NCBI RefSeq assembly: GCF_018350175.1
Contig: NC_058368.1
Coordinates: 151,096,001 to 151,160,000 of the forward strand
Direction of reading: 5' to 3'
Length of the DNA stretch: 64,000 bases
DNA from: Felis catus
Taxonomy: Eukaryota
Shown here: positions 40,063-52,340 of the stretch, one piece after another
Layout: every line of letters starts with the position of its first letter
Numbering within the stretch: position 1 is the stretch's first letter
Program-made: the position numbers and the translations under genes
Notes under the pieces: generated by a model
What the model saw: the letters and a program-made list of their open reading frames with translations, nothing else
What the model was told of the DNA's origin: nothing
Database searches by the model: none

Positions 40063-42282
40063 TTCAATTGCCCAAAGAGAATTCACAGGACAGAAATGAT
40101 GAAGTTTGAGACCCACTGATCCCTCCTGTCACATCCTGGCCAAAGTACCAACAGGTTGCTTCTCTCTTCCCTAGGAAATCTACATATATTGGTTTTTTAC
40201 TTTCCACCATTACTACAGGTAATATTTCTATGTGGTCTGCTATGCCTATTTGTTTCTTACACAGCAACAACTTTATTCATCTCAGGTTCACTTGAAAGAT
40301 TCTCACCTTTATTATTATTAGAACATATCTGACTTCAACAAAGAAAACTTGACAAGGTTTAATTTTATTTATACTATAATGATAAGTTCTTTTAATTTAT
40401 GTATCTATATACACATAAGCATATATGCATAAATACATGTGTGTATGTATATATATATATATATATGTAATATTTATTGAATGTCTACAATGTCCCATTT
40501 ATTGAGATGGCAGTTGGAGTTAGAGCTGTAGATAAAACATCATTATGTCTTTCAGGGAAGGGAAACAGATTTATAATAACTTTTTAAAAATTCAGTGAGG
40601 TAAGTGAAATAATAAATATCATTTCATTAAAAGATTTATCATCTTTTATTTTACTCTAGGCAGGACTCTGGAATTGTTCCTAAAACTTCACTTTTGAATA
40701 TTCCACAGTGCTATTCAGTAACCAGTCCTGAGGACGTAAAGATGTTCTACTCTTTGGTATCTAATTTGATACTTTAAAGCCAGATACTTTAAAGCCAAAC
40801 AATACTACTTTTACTGAGGTGTTATCAATGGCTAACAAATGGTTCAAATATGCTGTCCAACACCAAGTTCCATATGCCGTGAAATCTGTAAATATCATTA
40901 AAAAGTGACTAAGTGACTATAATGATCCAGGCTAAATATTTTCCCCCTTTCCCTTTCATATACTGGGGAGAAAAAACAAAAAAATGAAGACACTGGTTTC
41001 TACCAGGTCAAGAACGATCATGCAAAATGATGATGATAAAGTGGTGGTAATTAATAATGACAAAACGGTTACATCAGTGAGAAAAAGGCTGTATTTTGAA
41101 ACCTCTTGTCTTTTCTACTATTATTAAATAATTTTCTGTCGACTCTGTGTTAGTACTACTGCCTATAAGCCATTAGAGCTATGTAGTAACAGGTGAGAGG
41201 AAATTCCATTTTATTGCCTTGTGCATATAACTTTAGTGCTCTAACATGCACTTTATTTGCTCAACAATGATCTGTTCAATAAATGAGATGTGAAGCATCT
41301 TTTCATGTTTACAAAATACATGTAAATTAAGCAAGAGCATTATTTTTAAAAAAGAAACGAATCTTCAGCTTTGATATGTAAAAATCCACTGTGGTAGTTA
41401 TGACAAATATGAATACATTTTTAGGCCCATTTCTTCTTTTAGACTTTGGGGAATAAATATAAGTGTGATTTATAGGGACTAGTAGAAGTCTTTTAAAGAT
41501 ACGTAAGCAAAAATGAACATTAAAATTAAGCAGAAATTTACTAAACCTTTTTTTCACAAAATCATTTTTCCCCCTTTTCCTTGGAAGCCTCAACACTGAA
41601 AGTTTAAATCTGTCTGGAATATACTAATTCTTTCTTCATTTTTCAGTATTATCTATTGAAAAGCAATTATATACTTGGTTTAACAGAGGACTGGGCAGAG
41701 TTACTGAGCTAATCACAGTAAGAACTATTTTAATTATATTTTATAGTAACCTAAGAAGAATTTTTAATGTATTTCAAGAATATTATTTTTCTGAGCTCCT
41801 TCATAAAGAAAAACCCTGCTTTTCTGAAGAAATGAAATTACTAATTATAAAGTTAAATACTGGCTCGTGTTGCTTCAAGTAATTTTAAAATAGTAACAAG
41901 AAAGATCTACCCCCTTTCCGTTCACAAGCTTTGCACTTAAAAAAAAAAAAAAAACAACAAAAAAAAAACCCAGCACACATTGCCTAGCTCTCTGTCAGTC
42001 TGGACAACTTGCAAGTGCTTTCTGACTAGGTAGTAAGTTTACTGATCGACTCTGTGGTTATTGGTTTAGGGGTAAAATATGTTTTTAGTTTTAGGCTGAA
42101 TGTTTAGTTCTCAATTGTTGTCTCTCATAGTGAACATTTATGCTCTGGATTCTAAAATCCACGGTTCCACGGTTCTTTACTTTTGAAATGCACTCCTCAG
42201 ATTTTATATTGAAAAACTAATCTTGGTGTGAATTTGAGAACACAGTTAGATTAAATGCCTCCTTTTCACATTTTAATTAGAC

Positions 42283-42701
42283 CAGCACTGTTGCATGGAA
42301 CTTTCCGTGATGATCACTGCATTTTACATCTTCCGTGTCCCATTCAGCAGTCACTAGTTGCATGTGGCTACTGAGCCCTTGAAATGTGGCTAGTGCCAAT
42401 GGGGAAGCGAACTGGAGATCTCACCTAATTTTAATTCATTTAAATGTGAATAGTCATGGGGGGCCGAGGGGACTCGGTTAAGTGTCTGACTCCTAATTTC
42501 AGCTCAGGTCATGATCTCACGGTTCATGAGATTGAGCCCCATGTCAGGCTCTGTGCTGACAGCATGGAGCCTGCTTGGGATTCTCTCTCTCTTTATTCCT
42601 CTGCCCCTTCCCTGCTCATGTGTTCTCTCTCAAAAAAAAAAAAAAAAAAGTTAAAAAATGTGAATAGTCATATGTGGCCAATGGTTACTGTATTAACACA
42701 G
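42283..42701 (+). mobile_element. MER3 MITE interrupted by a CAN-SINE (42458-42655)
   Basis: MER3 sequence resumes after the SINE; perfect 16-bp TSD AAATGTGAATAGTCAT at 42442-42457 and 42656-42671. Confidence 0.88.
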
Positions 42702-43483
42702 ATTTGGATTATTTTAGTTTCTTGATTGTGCTTTGAGAAAATTAACCAAATTTTAACGAACTGTTTCTTTGGAGCTATAAAAACATTTTTTTATACTTTA
42801 AGTGAGTAACATTATGCTGCATGATAATCACTGGTATACATCCTGTTATAATTGTTTCCCCCTGTTTATTTATTCTACAAATATATTCTGAGGGCCAAAT
42901 ATTCTGTAGGTAAACAACAGAGATAGGATAGTTCTGGTAAACAACATAAGCATAGTCCCTTCCCTCCAGGAGTTTAAAATCCAGTGTGCAACAGGTAATT
43001 GGATAACATGGTGCTTTGATGGAGAAAATACAATTCTAACTCTAATACAGAAAAAACACAAGGATGGCTTTCCAAAAGTATAAATTGGGACCTGACCTGA
43101 ATGAAGGATAAATAAAGGCCAAGAAAAGGCCTAGTAAGGAGTGTTAAAGACAAAACAAATCAGGTTTGGAAAAGCTGAGGAATATAAACATGTTTTGGTG
43201 GCCCGAATACAGGATGGCAGCAGTGGGGGAGGGAAACAGCAAAGGGGATTGGCTGGAGAGGAACATATAAACAGGGGCCAGATCATGTATAGCCTTGTGA
43301 GCAATCTTAAAAACCAATAGTCCTTGAGGGCCTGGTTTATGTTTGTATCTCTGGGCATTCCAAAGCACATACAAAAATTCAACCAATCTTTATTCAGTGA
43401 ATGCATGAAAAAATAAAAATACAACGAATGACCAAACAAATAAGAGAATGTGCTTTTATTCTTATGAAAAGTACCTATGATGT

Positions 43484-43675
43484 ATATTAAGGAATATACT
43501 TGTTATGATGAGCACTGGGTGTTATATGTGAGTCACTAAATTCTACTCCTGAAACTAATACTACACTATACGTTAACTAACTGGAATTTTAATTAACTAA
43601 TTAAATTCATTTATGTATTTATTGTATTTATTTTTTAACTAACTGGAATTTAAATAAAGACTTGAAACAAACAAA
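43484..43675 (+). mobile_element. Short carnivore LINE-1 3' UTR fragment
   Basis: gatgagcactgggtgttatatgtgagtcactaaattctactcctgaaactaatactacactatacgttaactaactggaattt is the carnivore L1 tail; taactaactggaattt occurs twice. Confidence 0.8.
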
Positions 43676-44218
43676 AAGAAGCCTATGGAAAGAGCCACAT
43701 GCTACCTCATTGCAAAAAATTAAAAAAAATAATAAAAAGGAAAAAGTATGCCTGTATAATAGATACCTACAGGTATGCATAAAAATAACTTCACATACCT
43801 ATATTTTATAATAAAAATTGGAACCTATTTAATTAGACATCATGAAAGCTCAGGTAAAATAAACATATTTTCATATTTTATATCTATTCCCGAATTTGAT
43901 CATACAGTTTGTAAAAAAGTCCATTTCTACTATTGGCTGCATTTGTTTTTCAACAAAAATTACACTCACGAAGTTCTACCATACTATGTAAAGGTAGTTA
44001 GTTTATTGATAACCTCCAGGAGCACTGCGAAACAATAAAGTTTATAACCTATTAACATCTTTCCAGTCCTGATTCAGCCCTTAATTACTACTGCTAAAGG
44101 AAACATTTTTGTGGACAACTGTTCTTAGAAGTCTTTAAATCCAAACAAGATTCAGATAACAGAAAATAAAATTTTATGTAAACATTATCTCTAACTTTAC
44201 TCTCTCTTTCTCTCTCTT

Positions 44219-44266
44219 ACACACGCACACACACACGCGCGCGCGCACACACACACACACACACAC
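44219..44266. repeat. Compound (AC)n(GC)n(AC)n alternating purine-pyrimidine tract
   Basis: Seen directly. Confidence 0.9.
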
Positions 44267-45899
44267 TATCTTGCCCATTTGCACATCTAAAAAACAAACC
44301 AGTAATGCTCCACTGAGTCAGTTGTGAATCAAATGTTTCTTCTGCGGGAGTTAGGTCCACCTTTTTGATTTCCTAGGGAGCAGCAGAGGACGCCATGTTC
44401 CATTCCCCTTCCACACTTAGTCACTTGACTATTGTCCCAGACTGGATGAGCAGCTCAAGAGAATCACTGAATCACTGAAGGGTGACACATTCCCTCCTGG
44501 CCAGGTGCTAAGTGACACTCTCATATGGGTTTTGTGGTTAGAAAACATGTGTTGGATATGGAGGTAACCTGTCTGGGACTTCTGTCACTCCAAAGGCCAC
44601 CTGAAATGGTCTGGTGATCACTGACTTGTTTGAATGAGTTTTGTTAAACTGTTTAGCTTATGTTTTCCTTTCAGTAGCTTGTATTACGTTAATGAGGTTA
44701 TTATTCCCCTGCCCTCCAACTGTTCCTACACTGATTTTTCTATATGGTCTACATCCTTAACAAGAATGCCTGTCTTCTGCTATTTCAGAATCCCTTGTAC
44801 AGTGCTGACTGTAAGCTGACATGGCTAAATTATTGCTAACAGAAAGACAGCCTGTAAGCATGTCCTGTGGGACTTGAATTCTTCAGGTCATCTTGAAGTG
44901 CTCAACACCACATCTTCTTCCAGGAATAGAGCCCAACATCAACTGGGAGGGGAGGAAAGCAGCTAAGAGAACCAGAAGTGGAGGAGCTAAGACAGTTGGA
45001 AGAGATGAAACGGACAGTTCTTTAATATCATCAGAATCCCTGTTGAATTTCAATGACCTCATAAGCTACTATTTTGAGTAAATGTCCAGTATACTTGTCA
45101 CATAGTTAAATAAAACGCACTTTCTTCAAAGGAAGCACTTTTAATACAGTAACTGGTTTTGTTGTTTTAAACCAATGGATTAAAAATTTAACACATTTAC
45201 TAAATCTGGCATATTTATATATTGTATCTAAACAGATATTCAAGCTGCATTATAATATAACAATTAAAAAAACCTATCTCAGTCTGTCTATTAAGTCTTT
45301 GTAAGTCTTTGTGCCATTGTAACTGTAGGGCTAATTATCAAGCAAAGACATGATAATTACACAGAGCTTTTTTGCTAAAAGAAGGAATCTTTTACAGCAC
45401 CCACGCACTGCACAATTTCCTATGACCCTGTAACACTACTCTGGTATGGCCTCAAATTTATATTTTGGTCTAAATGCTGGGAATCATATTATTTCCCTCT
45501 CAGTGCCAATCTTTTTTTCTTGTGAGTAAACTGTTTTTGGAGGGTTAAGGGAGAGAGGTAATAGTCCAAATGGGAAATATAAAACTAATGACCCTTCATG
45601 AAACATATTATGCTCCTCATTAAACTTACTCAGTTAAATGTATTCCATTAAATTAAAATAAATAGGATTTAAAATTTTACCCAGAAGTAGTAAACTACTT
45701 TAACTCCCAACTTTGTGTTAGATTCATTCTTAGAATGGATTCCTCAAGTCCGTGATGTATCCCAGGTTCTTAACTTCCAACACAATTTATGTCTTAGTGC
45801 TGCAGAGGTTTTCAAACTTAGTGTGTATAAGAATTACTTGTGAAACCAGTTATAAATGCAGCTCTCCATCCAGATTCCTTCTTCTCTACCAAGTATTTC

Positions 45900-46131
45900 T
45901 TTTTTTTTTTTTATTATTTTTTTTCAACATTTTTATTTATCTTTGGGACAGAGAGAGACAGAGCATGAATGGGGGAGGGGCAGAGAGAGAGAGGGAGACA
46001 CAGAATCGGAAACAGGCTCCAGGCTCCGAGCCATCAGCCCAGAGCCTGACGTGGGGCTCGAACTCACGGACCGCGAGATCGTGACCTGGCTGAAGTCGGA
46101 TGCTTAACCGACTGCACCACCCAGGCGCCCC
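45900..46131 (-). mobile_element. Young felid SINEC_Fc-type element inserted into a MER5-like relic (~45803-46231)
   Basis: CpGs retained (gaatcggaaacaggctccaggctccgagccatcagcccagagcctgacg...cacggaccgcgagatcgtgacctggctgaagtcgg), long T tail, TSD ACCAAGTATTTC at 45888-45899 and 46135-46146. Confidence 0.93.
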
Positions 46132-46472
46132 TCCACCAAGTATTTCAAGCATAGTGATTTCAATGAGCTGCACTTCCAAAAATATTCTATCTGGGGGTAA
46201 TGTAAATTTTATCAAGCTTAGGGATCCCACTTTAATTCTTCTTCCATTATCTGTTATTACTAAACTGGAAAAGCCAAATAGGTGAAGAATGTGTGATTCA
46301 GGTAGTTGAGCAGGACTGACTTATATTCTCTTCATTCAAAGAATCAAGCCTTCCCTAGTTTTGGTCTAGGAGCCCCAGAATGCCTTTTCGAGAGATTCAG
46401 AGCTTTAATTTACTGATATTAAATGCAAGATAATGGAGCTGCTGCTTCACTCTCTTTTAAAAGTATTGCTTT

Positions 46473-46662
46473 CTTTTTTAAGTTTATTTATTTTTGAGGT
46501 GGGGGGGAGGAGTAGAGGGGGAGGGAGAGTGAGAATCCCAAGCAGGCTCTGTGCCGTCAGCATGGAGCCCAATATGGGGCTAGAGCTCCTGAACTGTGAG
46601 ATCATGACCTGAGCCAAAATCAAGAGTCGAACGCTTAATGGACTGAGCCACCCATGTGCCCC
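46473..46662 (-). mobile_element. CAN-SINE (SINEC) with TSD
   Basis: TSD TAAAAGTATTGCTTT at 46458-46472 and 46663-46677. Confidence 0.92.
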
Positions 46663-46857
46663 TAAAAGTATTGCTTTTAAAAGAATTGTGCTACAAAGGA
46701 CTTTGAAATTCAATGCCTTCATTTTTAAGATGAGAAAACTTTAGAGAAATAGCTAACTTGTCACATAGCAAGATTGTGCATGACAAGCATTCAAATGCAA
46801 GCCCTCTGACTTCCAACCCAGTGCACTTCTCATGGCCTTTAACGATCTCTGGCTCAT

Positions 46858-47077
46858 GGGGCGCCTGGGTGGCTCAGTCAGTTAGGCATCTGACTTCTGC
46901 TCAGATCATGATTTTGCAGTTCACGAGTTCAAGTTCCGTGATAGGTTCTGTGCTGATAGCTCAGCCTGGAGCCTGCTTCAGAGTCCGTGTCTCCCTCTCT
47001 CTCTATTGTCCTAGACTCTCTCCCCTTCTCGTGCTGTGTCTATCTTTCTCAAAAATAAATAAACATTAAAAAAAAAA
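46858..47077 (+). mobile_element. CAN-SINE (SINEC)
   Basis: ggggcgcctgggtggctcagtcagttagg head, aaaaataaataaacattaaaa tail, flanking tctggctca repeat. Confidence 0.92.
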
Positions 47078-48845
47078 GTCTGGCTCAGATACCCATCTGT
47101 CCAAGAATATGAAAGTCTCGAGAATGTGAAGTTCTCAGTCACCATCAAATCATCCTGACTAATGCTCTCAGAAGATGAATTTTCTAGATTTTTAAACTCC
47201 TTTAAGAAAGCAAATTTTAAAAGTCAACAAAATTTTCAACTACTTTACTATATTTCTACTGCATTTCACAGCATGTTAAGGACTGGAGCAGTTTAGATCT
47301 AACGACAAATTCCAACTCAACTCTGTGTTACCCTGAAATGTCTGTTGTGATGGTTTTGGTAATGAGATGAGTCTTGAGTATAGAGTTGTTTTGTGTTTGG
47401 GACTTATGTTAAGTGTGTGTGAACACACATGCACACACACACAAAAGCACCTATGAGATTTGACAGTCAACTAGTTCTGTTCATATTAATGTTTGTTTAT
47501 GTATTTTCACAGTTACATGTACACATGGATAAAATACTATCTGAAATAACAGTAGGTAAGTTTTATAAATAACCTTAAATTTCAGAATCAAGGCAAGCAC
47601 ACAATTAAAATCATGTCAATGAGAAACCAAAGTGACGTTCAGTAAAGCAAATGTGCAAGTATTTTAAACATATACCACATGAAGTCTACTTATTCACTTT
47701 TGCTTCTCTGAAATTATTTGCTTAACCTATTAGGCAAAACACTAAAAAAATTGATGAGCTCAACACTTTTAAAAAACTCCCAATAAAGGCAAAGAAACCA
47801 GAATCAGTTTCAGGAATTATAACAGGTAAAGAGAAGATGGAAGTGATAGGTTGATTAATTTGGTCAAGATTAGTGCAAGATTTTTTTATAATATAGAACG
47901 GTCCAAGTAATGGCAAGAATAACTTGTCCTCTGGCAAACTGATTCTGAATACATACTTTTGTAACACTTATTAATTTTCTCTTAATTCTGGAAAAGCAAT
48001 CACAGTCTAAGAAACCATGGGGAGACAGGGGAGGAAAACAGACAGATGGGGACAGTCTTCATTATACGTCCTTTTTGGTTTAGTATTCAGTGCTTATGAA
48101 GGGTACTCTAAGGCGATTTAAACACTGTGTTTAAAGCAAGAAGTGTTTAAAACTGTATGGCAATGCTACTTATGCTAATGAATCAAAAACATAAACAACA
48201 TTTTTGAGTTTTAATGTGATGCTTATTTACTTTTGGCACAATAAAACGTTTTAAATCTGACTTTGATAAAACACCATGCTAACATTTAGAAATTCATTTC
48301 ATCAGATTTTTGATTCCCTGTACATGAACAATGCTACACTAAATCATATAATTGGGGGAAAACATTTCTAGCATAATAACTGTCTTTACTTTTGCAGTAA
48401 GAATGCATTAGGAAGAATGAATTAGAAAGAAGAGACAAAGTTAAAAATTGAAGTGTAAGGCTGGGGTGAGATCACTTTTTTCTTTTGACTATGTTGTAAA
48501 ACTAGTCTATATCTGAAAGAAATGATCAAAAGTATTCTCAAGCCCTCTGTTGGCCACAGTTCCCAAGTCTGGGACAGGTCAATTTCTTTGTCCCCACACG
48601 GCCGTGGGCAATGATGACTTATGGAGGATGAGGTCAATACACTGACACTGGTGCCTGATTTCTAGAAGGGACCAGGTTTACATGGTCCCTATCACCTATC
48701 ACCCTAACTTCCGTTTTGTGGGGATAGAAAGGGTGGGGTAATGTTGGGATGATAACCAAGGGGACATCTGTGGAGATACAAACAACTTAGGAAAAGGAGG
48801 GGTGTGCGCAAGAGGTTCAAGGACCACGCGGCTCCGCCATTATTA

Positions 48846-49301
<456 letters not shown>

Positions 49302-50333
49302 CTAGCTTGTTGCTGAATGTGAAACTGTAAATGCCAGATTTAATGTAGGGGATTTTAATGAAAGTGACCAGAGAACTATTCATGTTTTTTGGAACAATTT
49401 AAGATTTAAGAAAATTAATTTCAGCATGGTTAACATCATTCCCAATTATAAGTCTGGAGCTTATTTTTGACCACTTAAAGACTGAACATAGCATTTTAGA
49501 TGTGTGTTGAGAAAGTCTTTGTGTGTGTGTGTTCAAAAATTCTTAAAATTGTTTAGTTTCTTGCCATTTAATTGAAAACATTCGAAGGGATAGGACTATG
49601 CTTTCAGACAGTATTGTATTCTGTTTTCTAGAACTACAGCAGAAAGTTGGGAAGTATGTTAGCCATAATACTGTTAGGGGTCTGTTTTCAATCTTTTGTG
49701 TATCTTTCTTCCTCTCTCAGGCCAGAAACTGTATTGTTATCTTTGCCTTTTTCTTCTTTTAATCTAATCTATTACCAAGTCCCACAATTCCTTCCCTTGA
49801 AATGTTTCTCAGGTTCACACTTTCTTGTCTATTTCCCAGGCGGCTCTATCATTCCTGTCCTTATCGGTTTCCTGTCCTAGATGATCTCCCTGTCTGAAAT
49901 CATTCCCTCCTCAATTCATCCCCAGTCTTCAAAACCCCACTCTTTACACTGCCTTTCTCTCCTGATGTGCCCTCTGCAACAGCTCCCTTTCTCTGACTTC
50001 GAATTATTTCCTACCTGGCAGGGCTACCAAACGTAAATAAAAATTTCAGTATTCCCAATTTCATTCCTCTCTTGATTACACTCCAGTCTGCCCACCAAAA
50101 ACCATGGACATTCTTCACTGTAAGACTTTATATGGTCCAGCATTTCCCAGCAAGTCTTCTGTGGAATATCATTTCTACAAAATACCCCATAAGATACCCC
50201 ATAAGACAAAACGTTTAGCGGCCCAATGCATTTGGGAAATGAAGCACACTGAAAGATTAAAGGCTGAAAATGTCTTTTAAACTATTTAATCTGCTGCCCA
50301 AACCTATTGCTGACAGAATGTTTGTTTCTCTGC

Positions 50334-50376
<43 letters not shown>
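50334..50376. repeat. (TTTA)n tetranucleotide repeat
   Basis: Seen directly. Confidence 0.9.
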
Positions 50377-50455
50377 CAGGGGCACTTATTATCATTTTTT
50401 AAGGCTAGGTTTTTGAGGCATATACTCCAGGAAATGCTGACTAAATCAACTTAGC

Positions 50456-50618
50456 TTATTTTTATTTATTTTTCTTGTATGCATTGATGTATGTATGCAT
50501 TTATGTATGCTCCATGCTTAGTGTGGAGCCCAACATAGTGCTGGAACTCATGGCCCTGAGATCAAGGCCTGAGCTAAGATGGAGATTCAAACACTGAATT
50601 GACTCACCCAGGTGTACC
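50456..50618 (-). mobile_element. Degraded, internally deleted CAN-SINE
   Basis: gtgtggagcccaacatagtgctggaactcatggccctgagatcaaggcctgagctaagat...cacccaggtg. Confidence 0.7.
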
Positions 50619-51439
50619 TAATTCAGCTGATTTTTAAAGGGACTATTTAAGTTTTTTTCTTGCTTTCTAATCCAACCCATCTTGCAGAGGCCAGCTCAGT
50701 TCTATCTAATACCTATTTGTGCGTAATTCCCAAATTTAGATTCCCAATCCTCGCTTTTTTTTTTCCATCTGCAGACACCCAGTGGATCTCCTCCAGTCCT
50801 ACGTCTATCTGAACGTCATAGTAATCTCTCAGACCTCCAAAGCTTAAGCCCATTATCTTCATCCTCGAATCGGCTCCCCGTTTTGGACTGGCCATCTCAC
50901 AATAAACTCAATCACCCAAACTAGAGACCTCAGAGTGAACTTTGAATCCTGCTCCATCCCACACACCTAAATAAATGTGTTGACAGGAACTGTGGGTGAG
51001 CAGACAGAAAACCTGACCTCCTGGTCTCCTCAGTCCTCCACACTTTGTTAATACTAACTGTTTTACCTATTACCCTTTATATTTTCCTTAATAGCATTTA
51101 TCACATTTTATAATTTGTTTATTTTTGTGTGTGATCATTTATTTAATGTCTGTCTCCTTCTCTACAGTGCATGTTCCACAAGGCCATATGCCATTTGTAT
51201 TTGTTCACTGTTGAATGCCCAGTGCTTGGAACAGCAGACACATATGGGCTCATGGTAAAAATCTACAGTATAAAACTCAAACAAGGAAAACTCTATGTGA
51301 AGTTTTTAGAAATATCAAATTGATGGACGCTATCTAAAATTATGTGATAGCTTTTCCCATGAAATATTTTTGGCAACTCATAAGCAGAATTTAAAAAAAT
51401 CTATACTTAATGATTATATTGTTTTTATCACATTTGCAT

Positions 51440-51680
51440 TAAAGGCGGCATGGTAGAAAGGGAAGAACATGGGGCTTGGATTCAGAGGACCCGGATTTGA
51501 AGGTGGAACTTGCTATTTACTAGTCATGAGAAATTCTCTTAATTTCTTTCAGTTGAATTTTTCTCTGAGTTTGATTTTTCATCTGCAAAACGGAGAGAAT
51601 GCCTACTCTTAAGAGTTGCTGTGAGGACTGTATAAAATAAACACATGTACAGTATTAAGCACAGTACTTAACACTGAAGC
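51440..51680 (+). mobile_element. MIR SINE
   Basis: ggcatggtagaaagggaagaacatggggcttggattcagagg...ctctgagtttgatttttcatctgcaaaacggag...gagttgctgtgagga. Confidence 0.7.
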
Positions 51681-52134
51681 TCAAAAGAACTACTTCTCAT
51701 TCCTCATTTGGTTGATTTACACAAGAAGAAGAAGAGCTTACGAAGTATGTCTATGTTGGTGACCAGAAGAGTCTACTGATTAAGGCTATTTGAAGATCTT
51801 ATTATGCCTAATACAAAGATAAAGCTGAACTATGGAATCCATACGGATCTTTCTTTGGAAAATACGGTATTTATCAGCCCACATCAGCTAGTCAATTATC
51901 TACTCAGGTATGTTATTTACATTTCAACTTGGGAAAATTTTTCTTTGTAAAAATTGCCAATGTCTCACCTTTTGTTTTATGTTTATTGACTGTCTTTCTA
52001 AAGCGCTTCTAATAAAATATAGCCAGTGTTTTATTTCATATCTAGTTATACTACTTTAGATACTTTTATTCTAGTACATTCAGATGAGTCATGATTCATA
52101 TTAATAATGAGGTAAATAAAGACTATTTCTTTGA

Positions 52135-52340
52135 GGGGCACCTGGGTAGCTCAGTTCATTAAGTGTTGGACTTTTGGTTTTGGCTCAGGTCATGATCTCA
52201 CAGTTTGTGAGTTCGAGCCCTGTGTTGGGCTCTGCACGGACAGTGTGGAGTCTGCTTGGAATTCTCTCTCTCCCTCTTTCTCTGCCCCTCCCTCGCTCTG
52301 TCAGTCTCTCTCTCTCTCTCTCTCTCTCTCAAAAAAAAAA
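52135..52340 (+). mobile_element. CAN-SINE (SINEC)
   Basis: ggggcacctgggtagctcag head, gagttcgagccc B-box, (CT)n and A tail. Confidence 0.92.

Noticed and set aside
48117..48135. Hairpin TTTAAACAC-T-GTGTTTAAA
   Set aside because: Short, AT-rich, 1-nt loop; plausible by chance and too small for a pre-miRNA.
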